A DNA stretch of 64,000 nt from Utricularia gibba (Eukaryota; Plantae; Magnoliophyta), in contig NEEC01000008.1 in assembly GCA_002189035.1 (NCBI GenBank), positions 3,162,001 through 3,226,000 of the forward strand. The letters are read 5' to 3'. The notes beneath the pieces are model-generated. The model was not told where the DNA came from. It searched no databases and saw nothing but the letters and a program-made list of their open reading frames with translations. Below are positions 1 through 14,090 of the stretch, piece after piece; the stretch's first letter is position 1; each line of letters starts with the position of its first letter. Both the position numbers and the translations under genes were made by a program.

Positions 1-768
1 GTCGACAAGGGCGTGGTTGAGCTCGCCGGAACCAACGGCGAGACCACAACACAAGGCCTCGACGGTCTTGCGCAGCGTTGCCAACAATACTACGCAGCAG
101 GTGCCCGCTTCGCCAAGTGGAGAGCTGTGCTGAAAATCGGCCCAAATGAGCCTTCACAGCTCGCTATAAACGAGAACGCCAATGGCTTGGCGCGCTATGC
201 CATCATTTGCCAAGAGAACGGTTTGGTGCCAATTGTCGAACCGGAGATCCTGGTCGACGGCCCTCACAGCATCGATAAGTGCGCCGATGTGACCGAGCGC
301 GTCCTCGCTGCTTGCTACAAGGCTCTCAACGATCACCATGTCCTCCTAGAAGGCACTCTCCTGAAGCCAAACATGGTGACCCCAGGTTCCGAGGCCAAGA
401 AAGTCACCCCGGAGATCATCGCCGAGTACACCGTCCGTGCTCTGCAACGCACCGTCCCTGCCGCCGTCCCGGCCATCGTATTCCTCTCCGGCGGACAGAG
501 TGAGGAGGAAGCCACAGTCAACCTCAATGCAATGAACAAGCTGAAAACAAAGAAACCTTGGAGCCTATCCTTCTCATTCGGGCGTGCGCTTCAGCAGAGC
601 ACTCTCAAAACCTGGGCAGGCAAAGAGGAGAATCTCCAGAAAGCTCAGGCAGCGTTCCTTACACGGTGCAAGGCTAACTCCCAAGCCACCCTTGGTACTT
701 ATGAAGGAAGCAGTGGCCTGAGCGAAGCTGCATCTGAGAGTCTCCACGTCAAGGACTACAAGTACTAG
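1..768 (+). CDS. FBA: Fructose-bisphosphate aldolase, cytosolic class I (3' part; gene starts before the window)
   Basis: Open frame from base 1 with class I aldolase motifs ([53 protein letters not shown]) and the cytosolic-type C-terminus HVKDYKY. Confidence 0.97.
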   Translation, partial: VDKGVVELAGTNGETTTQGLDGLAQRCQQYYAAGARFAKWRAVLKIGPNEPSQLAINENANGLARYAIICQENGLVPIVEPEILVDGPHSIDKCADVTERVLAACYKALNDHHVLLEGTLLKPNMVTPGSEAKKVTPEIIAEYTVRALQRTVPAAVPAIVFLSGGQSEEEATVNLNAMNKLKTKKPWSLSFSFGRALQQSTLKTWAGKEENLQKAQAAFLTRCKANSQATLGTYEGSSGLSEAASESLHVKDYKY

Positions 769-1028
769 GCATCGGGAGGCGGGTTTCGAGTTCATAACCA
801 ACTCCGGCGTGATCGGTTCTTTTCGAGTGTTGGTTGACATGTTCTGGGTTCCCTGTTTTCTCCTTTTGTTGATGGTGTGCCTGAGACACATCTGAGTCGT
901 TTGGAATGTGTTTTGCTCTGTTTTCATTCCTAAGATTACATTACCATAAAGAAGCATAAAACTCGACATGGGAACAGCGGACTCCTTACTACAACAACAA
1001 GCACATCTAATCATACAGTCCGAGTTGA

Positions 1029-2064
1029 TCACGTTGGTCGCATAGTTTCAATGTTCTTGTTCAGTTCTTCAAGCTTCTTCAGCCTCAGATGCTCGCTCTC
1101 GCTCACCATCTGCACCAGCTTGTTTCAATAATTCTTGATGAGAAACCAGACAAAAGAAGGGCAGAAAAGGGATAATCTTGATGGCAAAACGACACTCACC
1201 TCCATCAATCTTGTGATGAGTTGTACCTTTTCTTTGTTTTTCTCATTGTAGGCATCGAGGGCTTCCTTGTAATCCTTCTCCTGTAGATACCAACGTTAAT
1301 CGGTGTTCTCCTTGCCGGATTGCTACAATGTTATATAAGAGGAGATATAACAAAAGGTACCTTCTTCTGGCAAATCTGTCCAAGAGGTTTCAGCTCCTTG
1401 TTTACCACGTCGATTTTCTTTCTGATGAGTGAAACCTCCTTCTTCATGGGATCAGCCAATGCATCTAGTTGCTGAGGTTCACAGACCATTCACTTAGTCA
1501 ATAAGTATATCAGGAGTAGGGGTTCAGATGTTGCAAGAACATAACCAGAGAGTAGTAGGTTTCCTGTTCATGTAAATGATCTAAAATCTAGCAGATCTGG
1601 TTAACATTGTAGCATTGTAGCATTGTAGCACCCACACGATTGAAATCAATATTTTCACCTCCCTGCCCCGATGAAGGGAAAAGAAACTGAAAGTACCCAT
1701 CAGTTAGAACTCCATTTTTACACCTGTTCTGCCTTAAAGAGTGAAATGAAGAAAGAAATTTAAGGTACCCACGAGATATAACCCCACAAAATTGCATAAC
1801 GTTCTGCCAAAGCCCAAAACTACGAACTTCTACCTCGCGAATGGTGGCGAGGCGCTTGGTTTCCTCCTCGATTCGCCCCAGCTGGGCCTGCACTTTCTCC
1901 TTAACCTCCATCTTCCTCTTCTCGATCTCCTCTTCCTTAGCCCTGAAACACATGAGCGCAGAATTCGACATCTCTTCGTCCTCCTTCGCCATTACACCAT
2001 TCAAGCTCGAATTCCCAGAAAGGAGGCCTCTAGCGACTTCCAAAGACGACTCTTTCTCCCCCAT
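1029..2064 (-). CDS. RAB6-interacting golgin / DUF662 coiled-coil protein, 4 exons
   Basis: ATG at 2064. Spliced translation gives FRAKEEEIEKRKMEVKEKVQAQLGRIEEETKRLATIRE / QLDALADPMKKEVSLIRKKID...KPLGQICQKK / EKDYKEALDAYNEKNKEK / MVSESEHLRLKKLEELNKNIE. Introns are GT-AG. Confidence 0.9.
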
Positions 2065-4039
2065 ATAGAGAATAACCCTCACCGACTTGCTTCCTCCTCT
2101 AGAAACAGAGCTCCTTTGGTTTCGCTCTCTCTTCACACTACGGATCGCCGGCTTCTAGTTATCCCCGCCGCGCCGTCAACCCCCCGCGCGTTCATGGAGC
2201 TCGCCCCGTCCCTAATCCCATTTGTATTGTCGTCTTTGGAAACCCTAATGAAACACAACTCCACTCCAGTGTGGAGCTAATTTTAGTAAAGATCTGTGTG
2301 CCATAAACGTCCTGCATGCGGATGGGCCACGTGGCACAACTACTGTAATGAATGCGTGTGTGCTCCCATTGGGCCAGGACCATTTTGAACTTCATTTCTA
2401 ACGTTCGAATTCCGTACATTCTTCAACTACTTCCCATCTAGAGATAATCCCAAAATAAATAGTGTTTGGATGTTACTGTTTTTGTTTTATAATTTAGAGT
2501 ATAATTATTTTATAATATAAAAACGTTTATTGCTATAAATCAACTTTGTTATCAAATGTTTATTTAAAAAAACTTAGAATCATTTATTATTTTTGAAAAA
2601 CGATATAAATTCAACTTTAATGTTATAAGTCTAGAATCATTTCTAACTTATTAAAAATACTTATCAAAACGCAATTCTTGGTATACTTATTGCTCCAAAA
2701 CACATGAATGTGTTTGTTTTATCAAATTATATAGATTTCGAAATGGGATTATAAATTATAAGATATTTAGTTGGAAAGTTTAAATAAATTCGAAATTACA
2801 TGAATTTTTTTAATCTAATGTATATGGGTCTATTTAAAATCATATCTCGTTCTTTACTTAAAATCACTTAATCTCATTTTTAATGCCAATAAAATTAATT
2901 GTAATACATCAACTTTATTTAAACCCAAATAAATTAAACATATTTTATCTCATTCCCACCAACCAAACATTAGTAAAGTATATAAAAGTATCCATCCATG
3001 TAGGGCATTATTTAATTTCTAATTAAAAAATGAGATAATATTCAATTTAATTATTATTTATTTATAAATAGGATACAATTTGATTCCTAAAAAAATTATT
3101 TACATAAAATGGGATTTGAGTATTTCACTGAAAACATGAAATATAATTTATTCATGATATTTATGAGGAGATGGTACCACTAAATCTCATTTCATTCACA
3201 ATATTATCCTCTACAAAAAATAAATATAATTTATTTAGAAATTATCCATGAAAATTGGAGTTTGTGTTGTGTCGGTTGTAAGAAGAAGGGGTTGTATGTT
3301 GTAATGAATTGGTCAAAGCACGAGTCCACATGTCTTATCATCCCACCCTCATCTCCCTCCCACGTACCTACATTCTTAATACCTATCAGTACCCACTACC
3401 AGTTTTTCCCCATTTTTTTATCATTAAAAAATTAATATTTCTCACAAAAATATTCATTTTTCCCACATAGAAAACAAATACGTGGAAAAATGGATACTGA
3501 GAAATGGGGAAAATAAAAATAATAAATAAAAGGAGCAATTTAAAAAGCTATCTTTCGAGTCCATTCCTTCTTTGTTCTGTTCCCAAAGCTGCAGATGCAG
3601 GTACTGAGGCACCTGCAGTAGTAAACTCTATCTATCCATCAGCCTCATTTACTCTCTCTTTTTTCTTCTTTATTTTTTATTTTCCAAGAATATAAAAATA
3701 TGGGAAAAAAAGAATTGAAAGAAGAAAAAATGCACCCGACATTCTCATTTTGAGTGTATTATTGGATAATTTAGGAAGTTAGTGGGGAGGGGAGTACCAG
3801 AAATCGAATACGTTGCCCTAATTTAAAATCGAGTACTGAGTCTCTGTGTCTCTCCCCCACATAAACACACAGACTCTTAATTGCTCTGCGTTGTGTCGGG
3901 GACAGTTGTGTTTTTGCGAGCAAAAAGTTTCATTTTTTTGTCTTCTTCTCTTCCTCCTCTCCCATTGACCATTCCCCCATTTCCATTTTCAGTGTTTCTC
4001 AACTTGTGCTTCGCTTTTCTCAGCTCGGGAGTCTTCAAC

Positions 4040-5072
4040 ATGAACGTGGTTCAGCAGCAAGCAGGGCTCCATTTCAGCGTTTCCCAGTGGCAGGATTTCG
4101 AGCTCCACGCTTTGATCTTCAGGCACATCGTTAATGGCGCTGCTGTGCCTCCTGAGCTTCTTCATCTCCTCAACAAAAGCATCACCACCCCATCTTCGAC
4201 TGACTCCTCTTCTTCTTCCTTGTATTACGCTTCTAACCCTTTTCAGTATTTCCCTCATTACCATTCTGCGCGTAAGTTTGCTTTTTTTGGTTTTTGTTTT
4301 TGGTGTTCTTGTTGTGGGTATGGCTTTTTTGCTCATGTTTTTGGTTTCAGTGATGCAATCGGGTTACTGGGGGAAGGCGGCGATGGATCCGGAGCCGGGT
4401 CGTTGCCGGAGAACCGACGGGAAGAAGTGGCGGTGCTCTCGAGATGTGGTGGCTGGGCATAAGTACTGTGAGCGTCATGTGCACCGTGGGAAAAACCGTT
4501 CAAGAAAGCATGTGGAAACTCCCACTGCTTTGTTCGACAACGGCGCCGCCGACGACGATGACCGGAAAACTGCCGACTCCGCCGAAGGTGGCGGCGCAGG
4601 GACGGCGCAGTTTCGTTCCATGAATCTTCTCCAGTTCCAACAAAGGTGCACCAGTTTTTTTTTTTTTTTTTGTCGTGTAGGTTACATGCTACGTGCCAAC
4701 TTTTTTTACGAACCGGTAGTCTGTAGGGCGCCGGAGACAAAGTGTCCTTTCCAAGTGCTGAATGATTCCGGCGGTCGTGACCGGACACTGCGGCCGTTTT
4801 TTGACGACTGGCCGAGATCAGGCAACGAGCCGAACGATGGATCAAGAAGCTTGACGACCAATTTGTCCATTTCAGTGGCCGGGAACTCTGATTTCTCCCT
4901 GAAGCTTGGAACAGGGAACGAAGATGAGCCCCGTTCTCAGGCTGGAAGCAATGCAAGAGAAAGGAATTGGATCGCAACCTGGGAGTCGGCGAGCAACACC
5001 CTCGGCGGACCTCTGGCGGAGGCGCTCCGATCGTCGAGTTCCAATCCATACTCAGCTTCAGGAGCTACTTAG
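4040..5072 (+). CDS. GRF: Growth-regulating factor (GRF3/4-like), 3 exons
   Basis: Divergent QLQ domain ([30 protein letters not shown]), WRC domain ([20 protein letters not shown]...[16 protein letters not shown]), and FFD, TQL-like and GGPL motifs. Introns 4272-4350 and 4646-4726. Confidence 0.95.
4496..4517 (+). promoter_or_regulatory. miR396 target site in the GRF WRC-coding region
   Basis: CCGTTCAAGAAAGCATGTGGAA is complementary to miR396 (UUCCACAGCUUUCUUGAACUG) with the usual single-nucleotide bulge. Confidence 0.92.
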
Positions 5073-5375
5073 GAGGTTGGTTCCAAACCTGTCATCAAAC
5101 ATGGAAAAAAACTTCTACATCAGTTGTGTTACTTGCTCTGGTTTGCCCCTTTTAGCTGATCCTGCAAAATTTTCAATCCTTCGGCTCAAGTTTGAATCCA
5201 TGAATAAAGCATTTGTAGTGTACTACAACACATTGAAGTGATGACTTATTGGAGATGATAATCAATCCCTAGTCCCCTGATTTTACTGGCCCCAGACTCT
5301 CCCATCAGGCCATCTACTTTATGCAGCAGCATTCGCTCTGAACACCATGGAGAGTTCTGAAAGCATTCTGGGTAG

Positions 5376-8300
5376 CTACTGATCAGCCAAGGCGTAAACT
5401 AAAGCTGTTCTAGCGGGTGAGTAGACCATAAAGGATCGAGGCCGGTCGTTGTACCACCCGTCCTGTTCAGGTAAGCAAGGTTCTTGTTATATTCATGAGA
5501 AGAATGGAGTATTATGGGAAGAAGGAGAGCAAAATATGGTAGTAGTTACCGTGGTGAAGTATTCTGAGTCGTGACTGATTCTACCAAAGCCTCCGAACAT
5601 GGCATCATCTGAGTCCAAAACAATCTGAAAGACATTGGGTATTATTCCTGTTAGGATGTTTTGTGACGGTTATGGATTTGGTACAAACATGGAGCCGTAT
5701 ATACCTTGTATTTTCCTGGCTTCAAGCAGCCGACTCTGTAATCAGAGTAACTGTTGGTATAGTGGAAGTTGAACACAAAAACCAAGTTGCCCCTTTCAAA
5801 GATGATCACTCTGTCTCCCTCATCCTTCCTTGAAATGTACTGATGTTCCGATGTCATGAACTGCAAGAGGATTCTGAGGCTCAGTTTAAAGAGAGTAATA
5901 GAGCACCTTTCCCAAAAGCACCATGGTATTCATTTTAGATGACTGGAGAAAATAGGTTTTAGAAGGAAAACATACACCATAAGTTTCTTCGAGATGCTGC
6001 ATTGCTCTGTCGAACTCTTGCATACCCCGGTATCTCAAAAAGTGCGCATCGCCCTTTAGTAGCAAACAAGTTTCAAACATGAGACAACTGTAAAGCTAAA
6101 CTCTTGTACTAGCCACAAGTTTCAAACACATTATTTTGTAGTATAAGATTCAAATGCTGAACTAAGGATATCACTTGCCAGGTCGAATCTACGCCTGCAT
6201 TTGTCGAAGCTATTATTATTTCCGGGAATAAATCGACCATCGGGAAGACGTTGATCTGCTCTGGGGAAATCAATCCACTCTGACATGAGAGGCAGGTAGA
6301 ACGTTAGCAAGTGGTTCACCGATCCTACAGCAAAACATAGTAGAATTTTTCCAACTGTCTTCATGTACAGTGTTGTGCTTACCAGGATGCCCGAATTCAT
6401 TTCCCATGAAATTGAGGTATCCTTCTCCGCCTAAACCCATTGTGATGAGTCTGATCATCTTGTGCAAGGCTATTCCACGATCGATGGCAGGTGTGGCAGG
6501 TCGATCCAGTGACATGAAGTCATACATATCCTAGAATACGATTAAAACCAGCAAATGAGGTGGGAAGCATGACCTGGTATCACGCCATTGAAATTACCTT
6601 GTCCATCAACCAGAATGCAATGGTCTTATCTCCGACAAGTGCTTGGTCGTGACTTTCAGCATATGAGATGCACTTTTCCATCCACCTTCTGTTTGTAAGA
6701 GTGTGTACAATGTCTCCCATTCTCCAATCTTCATCCCTATTTCTGCATGAAATAACACAAAGAAAAGCATTAGGCTAAAAGATTCTCAGTGCGGTCGTGC
6801 CTATTGTCTCCAGCCTAAGCATTACAAGAGATCAGGTACCGTACTTTAGCAGTTCAATCCATTTATCTGCAATTGCCATGTGTAAACGATAATCAAACCC
6901 AACTCCACCATCTTCAACAGGAATGCAAAATGTTGGCATGCCGCTGACCTGTTTCAGTGCATGGCTTAAGTTAGCTTGTTGACCATGAACAACATTTTTG
7001 AAGCTAAAAAAATTCAACTAATTGCTTCAATCTTACATCTTCGCCAATCGTTATGGCATTGGGATAGAGTCCATGAATGAGATCATTAACGAGCATCAAA
7101 TACACCACAGCATCCACATCAGTTGCAAATCCAAAGTACTCATCGTAATTGCCAGTAAATGCCATCTTCGTGTATGGAAATAAAAAATTCAAACAAGATA
7201 ACTTGATATAATGCTGAACCAATTACTTCTATCGTAACAGTCATCCTCACAGAAATGCTAGTACCTGCAATCCATGGTGAGTATACATCATCGACGTCAC
7301 ACCATCGAATCTAAAACCATCAAACTTGTATTCTTCCAACCACCATCTTGCATTCGAGAGAAGAAACCTCAAAACCTAAAATTGCAAGATCAGATAGCTA
7401 TGGCAACCATATTTTCCAATGTCCAAAAAAAAAAAATTATAGTAAAATGCACATACTTCCCACTGTCCATAGTTGAATGTACGGGAATCCCACATCCAAT
7501 GATAACCCCGCGGTCCAGAGTGAAAGTAACAGCTATCCGTGCCATCAAACATATTCAACCCATCCAAAGTGTTATTTGATGCATGACTGCAGAGAACAAG
7601 CGTTTTCAACAAATGAAAAAAATGACTACCTTTTTCAATGGAATATTAAATAAAGAAGTAAATCAGTTACAGAACAACAAACCAACCATGACCAAAAATG
7701 AAAGTTGAAAGAAAATGAATGTCATGCAAAATCATTAAATAATGTGCGATGTGTGCATTTGTACCCATACCTGTGCACAATGTCCATGAGAACTACTAAT
7801 CCCAATTCATGAGCTCTGTCTATTAATGACTTCAAATCATCAGGAGTCCCAAAGCGGCTACTTGGTGCAAAGAAATTTGTCACATGATAACTGCAGCAAA
7901 TTGAGGAGTCAAAATTTTCCCAAATTTGGACAAATGGCAAATGGGAGACAAAAATGATATATCAAGAAGAAAAATATTGAGAGGTTGTTGGTTTTTCATG
8001 CCACAACCATTAACTAAAAATGCACACATTGCGATACATCTGAAATGAAAACTTATTACCCAGGAAAAGCTATAGCATGGTTGGTAAATCGTGTGTGTAT
8101 GTTTCTTAGAAATCAAATGAGATTAAAAAACAGATTTATTGTACACTGGAAAAAATTAAATTACCCAAAACTGGCATAATAGGAATGCTCCTGAATTGCC
8201 ATTATCTGAACAGCATTATAACCGAGTTTTGCAATACGTGGAAGCACTACATCTCTAAAGTTGGCATATGTATTGATAACGGGCTCCTGCATTAAATTTT

Positions 8301-10833
8301 GGTATGGGAGCATTACCATAAACATATAAAGTAAGTTTATTAAAAATGATACTTTTGAAATAAATAAGTTGCACTTTTCAACAGTCATAAAATTCATGAT
8401 AATGAGAAAAGATACGGGAACAACAGGCTACAGATATTAAACAAGGAATAGAAACCATACTGTACTACTCATTCCAACATGAGATTCGTATATCCTGAGT
8501 GATTTTGGTTTCTTTGGTTGGGGATGTTTGAAGACATACTTTTCCTGAAAAATAAATTAAACAAAATAGTCACGATCATTAAGGATAGACAAAGAATTTT
8601 CATCCAGAAAACCCAAAGAATAGTTAGGATCTCCAAATCATTAAATTCTGGGATATAACTAGAGAACGTATATACACAAACAAGCAAATCCTTTGGCGAA
8701 GGTACCTCTTCTGGTGGATCATAATAAATTCCATTAAAAGGAATTTCCCCAGGTGCTTGAACTGAGAAATTGATCCAAGCTGGAATTGAATCTTTTGTAC
8801 CCGAAGGAGTATCCATGCGAATCTTTGTAAATGTGTGAATTGGATTATTATCTCTTCAAAAGAGGTATGATAAAACTACGAGTTTTATATGCCAACAATT
8901 AGTTGTAATTAGTGATCTACCTTTACACGTGAACCATGGGGTATTGCTGGAGATCCATAAGAGTTATTTGGCAAAAAGACCTCCCACACACCAAATTCAT
9001 TCTGTTCATCATTACAGAGCAAGAACAATAACCGAAAAATCATGTTATAACAGATAAAGATACAAAAGCTTATATTTTGATGGATCAACTGATACTTACA
9101 CAGGTCATAACATTAGCATTAGGGTTCCAATTGTTAAAATCCCCAATGAGACTTGCTGACTGCAGAAATTTCAAAGCTGACATTAGAAAAGTGAAGCTTG
9201 CAGACAATGTTAAACCCAACAAATAAAATCCCAGTCAAAGTTAGAAGTGAGCAGCTCAAATTGTAAATTCCTTAATTATTGCATCAAATTCTGATTAAAT
9301 TCATGCAAGGTATTTTATAAGATAACATTTAAGTAAGAAGCCGTACGGATTCATGAGGACCATTTAATCGTATTAATCAAGAAAAAAGTGGAGTTTGAAT
9401 CACAAACGCTATCAGAAATATCATTTTCTGGAGACAAAGTGCCTAAAAAGCCATTGGATGTCAAGGAATCACAAAACAAGATATGTAGCACTGACCTTTG
9501 CCGCAGGTGCCCACTCTCTGTAAGTTATCCCTGTTTCACTGGAAATGGAAAAATAATTAGCAATCAGAATATGCAGATCATGAATTGAAAAATATTGGAT
9601 AAATTTAACAGTGAGGCTGCTGCATACCTTCGAGTAAAGCCATATTTCTCATAACCACGAGAAAACATTTCCAACCCACCCTCAGATTTTTCAATGGCAT
9701 CATGCAGTTTTCGATATTGGCTAAATCTGCAGAACAGAACAAAGATAAATAGAAAAGCTAAAATACGCATAAAATTAATGAAGTTAAACACATTACCGAT
9801 AATCCAGATGATGGCGATATGTGCGCAACATCGGATCTATCTCATATATCTTCTGGCCATTTCCTGTAGGACGGATGTTCATATCTCTGTTTCTGAAAGG
9901 TCCCTCCCTTACTGATTTATCTGAGTTCGCTGATATTCCTACAGCACTTCTGCCAGTATCTCCATCTACTGATTTTATGGCAGAGAAGTCATCCAACGTG
10001 TTCAATTCCACTGAGCTTATTTGATCAGCCAAGGTCTCCTGGCCTTCAGCTTTTATTTGTTTATCTACTTCCAAATTTTGTGCATCATCATATATCTGGC
10101 ACGAGAATCAAATTTGGAACACATTATCATAGACAATAGTTGTTGAGGGCTTCTCATGCAGTCATGGGCAGCGCAAATTTAATTGCAGGATGCATTCACA
10201 ATGGAAAATCAAAGCTGAAAATAACTATGCACGATTTACGTAACATTCTTGCCAGACTGGCAAAACTAGTAAAATTTTGTCGTCAACATTGTATTTACTC
10301 CGTATCAATCTAAGAAGAGGCACGAAAATGATTACGAACCACCTCAGGGACCTCCAACTCTTTTGTAGGCATTGGTGAATCAGCATCATTGGTTCCCGGA
10401 ACAAGGATCTTCTCTGATGCGGTTGCTCTAGAAGGTCTGGATTCATTAAATTTCCCACAAAGGATCGTCGTCCCTGCATTGAAACGATAAATGAGATCAT
10501 TCACGAAAGCCATTAAATTCCTACTACGAAGATTTCCTGTGTTCATTTCCAACCTCAAGGATTCACAAATCAACCAGGTATAGAAAATCCATACAACAAA
10601 TCCAGTAAAGACATATAATCATATACCCCAAACGCCACCATGATCTAAAAACATCAAATCCAATAGCGATCAAAGACAGTGAGAAATAAATGATTTTGAT
10701 TACGGGAATGGGATTGGTTTTTTTTCAAGTATAACCGGAAACCGGCATTTCCACCATCACCCAACCCTTCCCGTCCCCTCCTGCAAACAGACGGAAAAAC
10801 TGGCAAGCGCACTCCAGGCAAAGTATACACCAT
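5376..10833 (-). CDS. SBE2: Starch branching enzyme II (1,4-alpha-glucan branching enzyme), about 22 exons
   Basis: [14 protein letters not shown] at 10833. GH13 motifs [99 protein letters not shown]-terminus [23 protein letters not shown]. Confidence 0.97.
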
Positions 10834-11351
10834 TTCTCTGTCAACCCTTCGGTGTACTCTGGAGTGAAGGCTCAAGGTTTTACACGATGCGATCTCCCGA
10901 AATCCAGGTGTCAACAGATCCTTATAAAGGTACGCAACTCTAGGTGGCAGGTGCCAACCTACACAAATCAAGGCTGCATGATATTTTGAAGAGTTGGGGA
11001 GGCACCGTTGTCACAAGGCCCACCTTCGCCTATTTTGGGCCGGGCCCCGCTCAGGGCTAGTTGGGCCCACCAGATCATAGGGGCTGGCCCGCCCGCTCTA
11101 CCTGCAGCCCGTGCAAAGAATAAGCCAATCGTGTGTTAGTAAATTATATTACCGAGGAGCAACGGTAAACAAAAGTAACGAATCACAATTAGACACGTTT
11201 CCTATTGGGTGCCACAATGCACTGCGTCAATTTCTCATCGCGCAATTACAGTTTCTTATTATTTCTTGAAACTTCCGGCCAATCTCATCGTCAGTCGGGA
11301 AGAGACGAACCGCGGAGCTTGTTTTTCATCAGTAGTTTGTAGATTGATCCA
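10834..11351. promoter_or_regulatory. Shared divergent promoter of SBE2 and MDHAR with a site II (TGGGCY/GGCCCA) cluster
   Basis: 518 bp between the two start codons; several GGCCC(A)/TGGGCC motifs at about 11015-11100. Confidence 0.6.
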
Positions 11352-13891
<2,540 letters not shown>

Positions 13892-14090
13892 GTTCCATCC
13901 GTATGTTCTCCTCCATTATCGAAAACACAAGGTTGGTATGCCATCTACTTCATCTGCAAGCAGTCATATTCCTATTTCAAGTTCAATAAAGCTTGTGGCA
14001 CCTGCACCATGAATCCATAAACTACCTTTTTAAGTTACATATACATCTCCTAGAGGTAATGGGCACTGCTGCACAGTTATGATACAAAGT

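Noticed and set aside
574-2280. Long antisense or alternate-frame ORFs over real genes (574-1032, 1792-2280; likewise 4333-5049, 16091-16543, 32407-32814)
   Set aside because: Shadow ORFs explained by the codon structure of the real gene on the other strand or frame.
4646-4680. 35-nt version of GRF intron 2 using the first AG
   Set aside because: Too short for a plant intron and it shifts the frame; the 81-nt intron keeps the conserved motifs.
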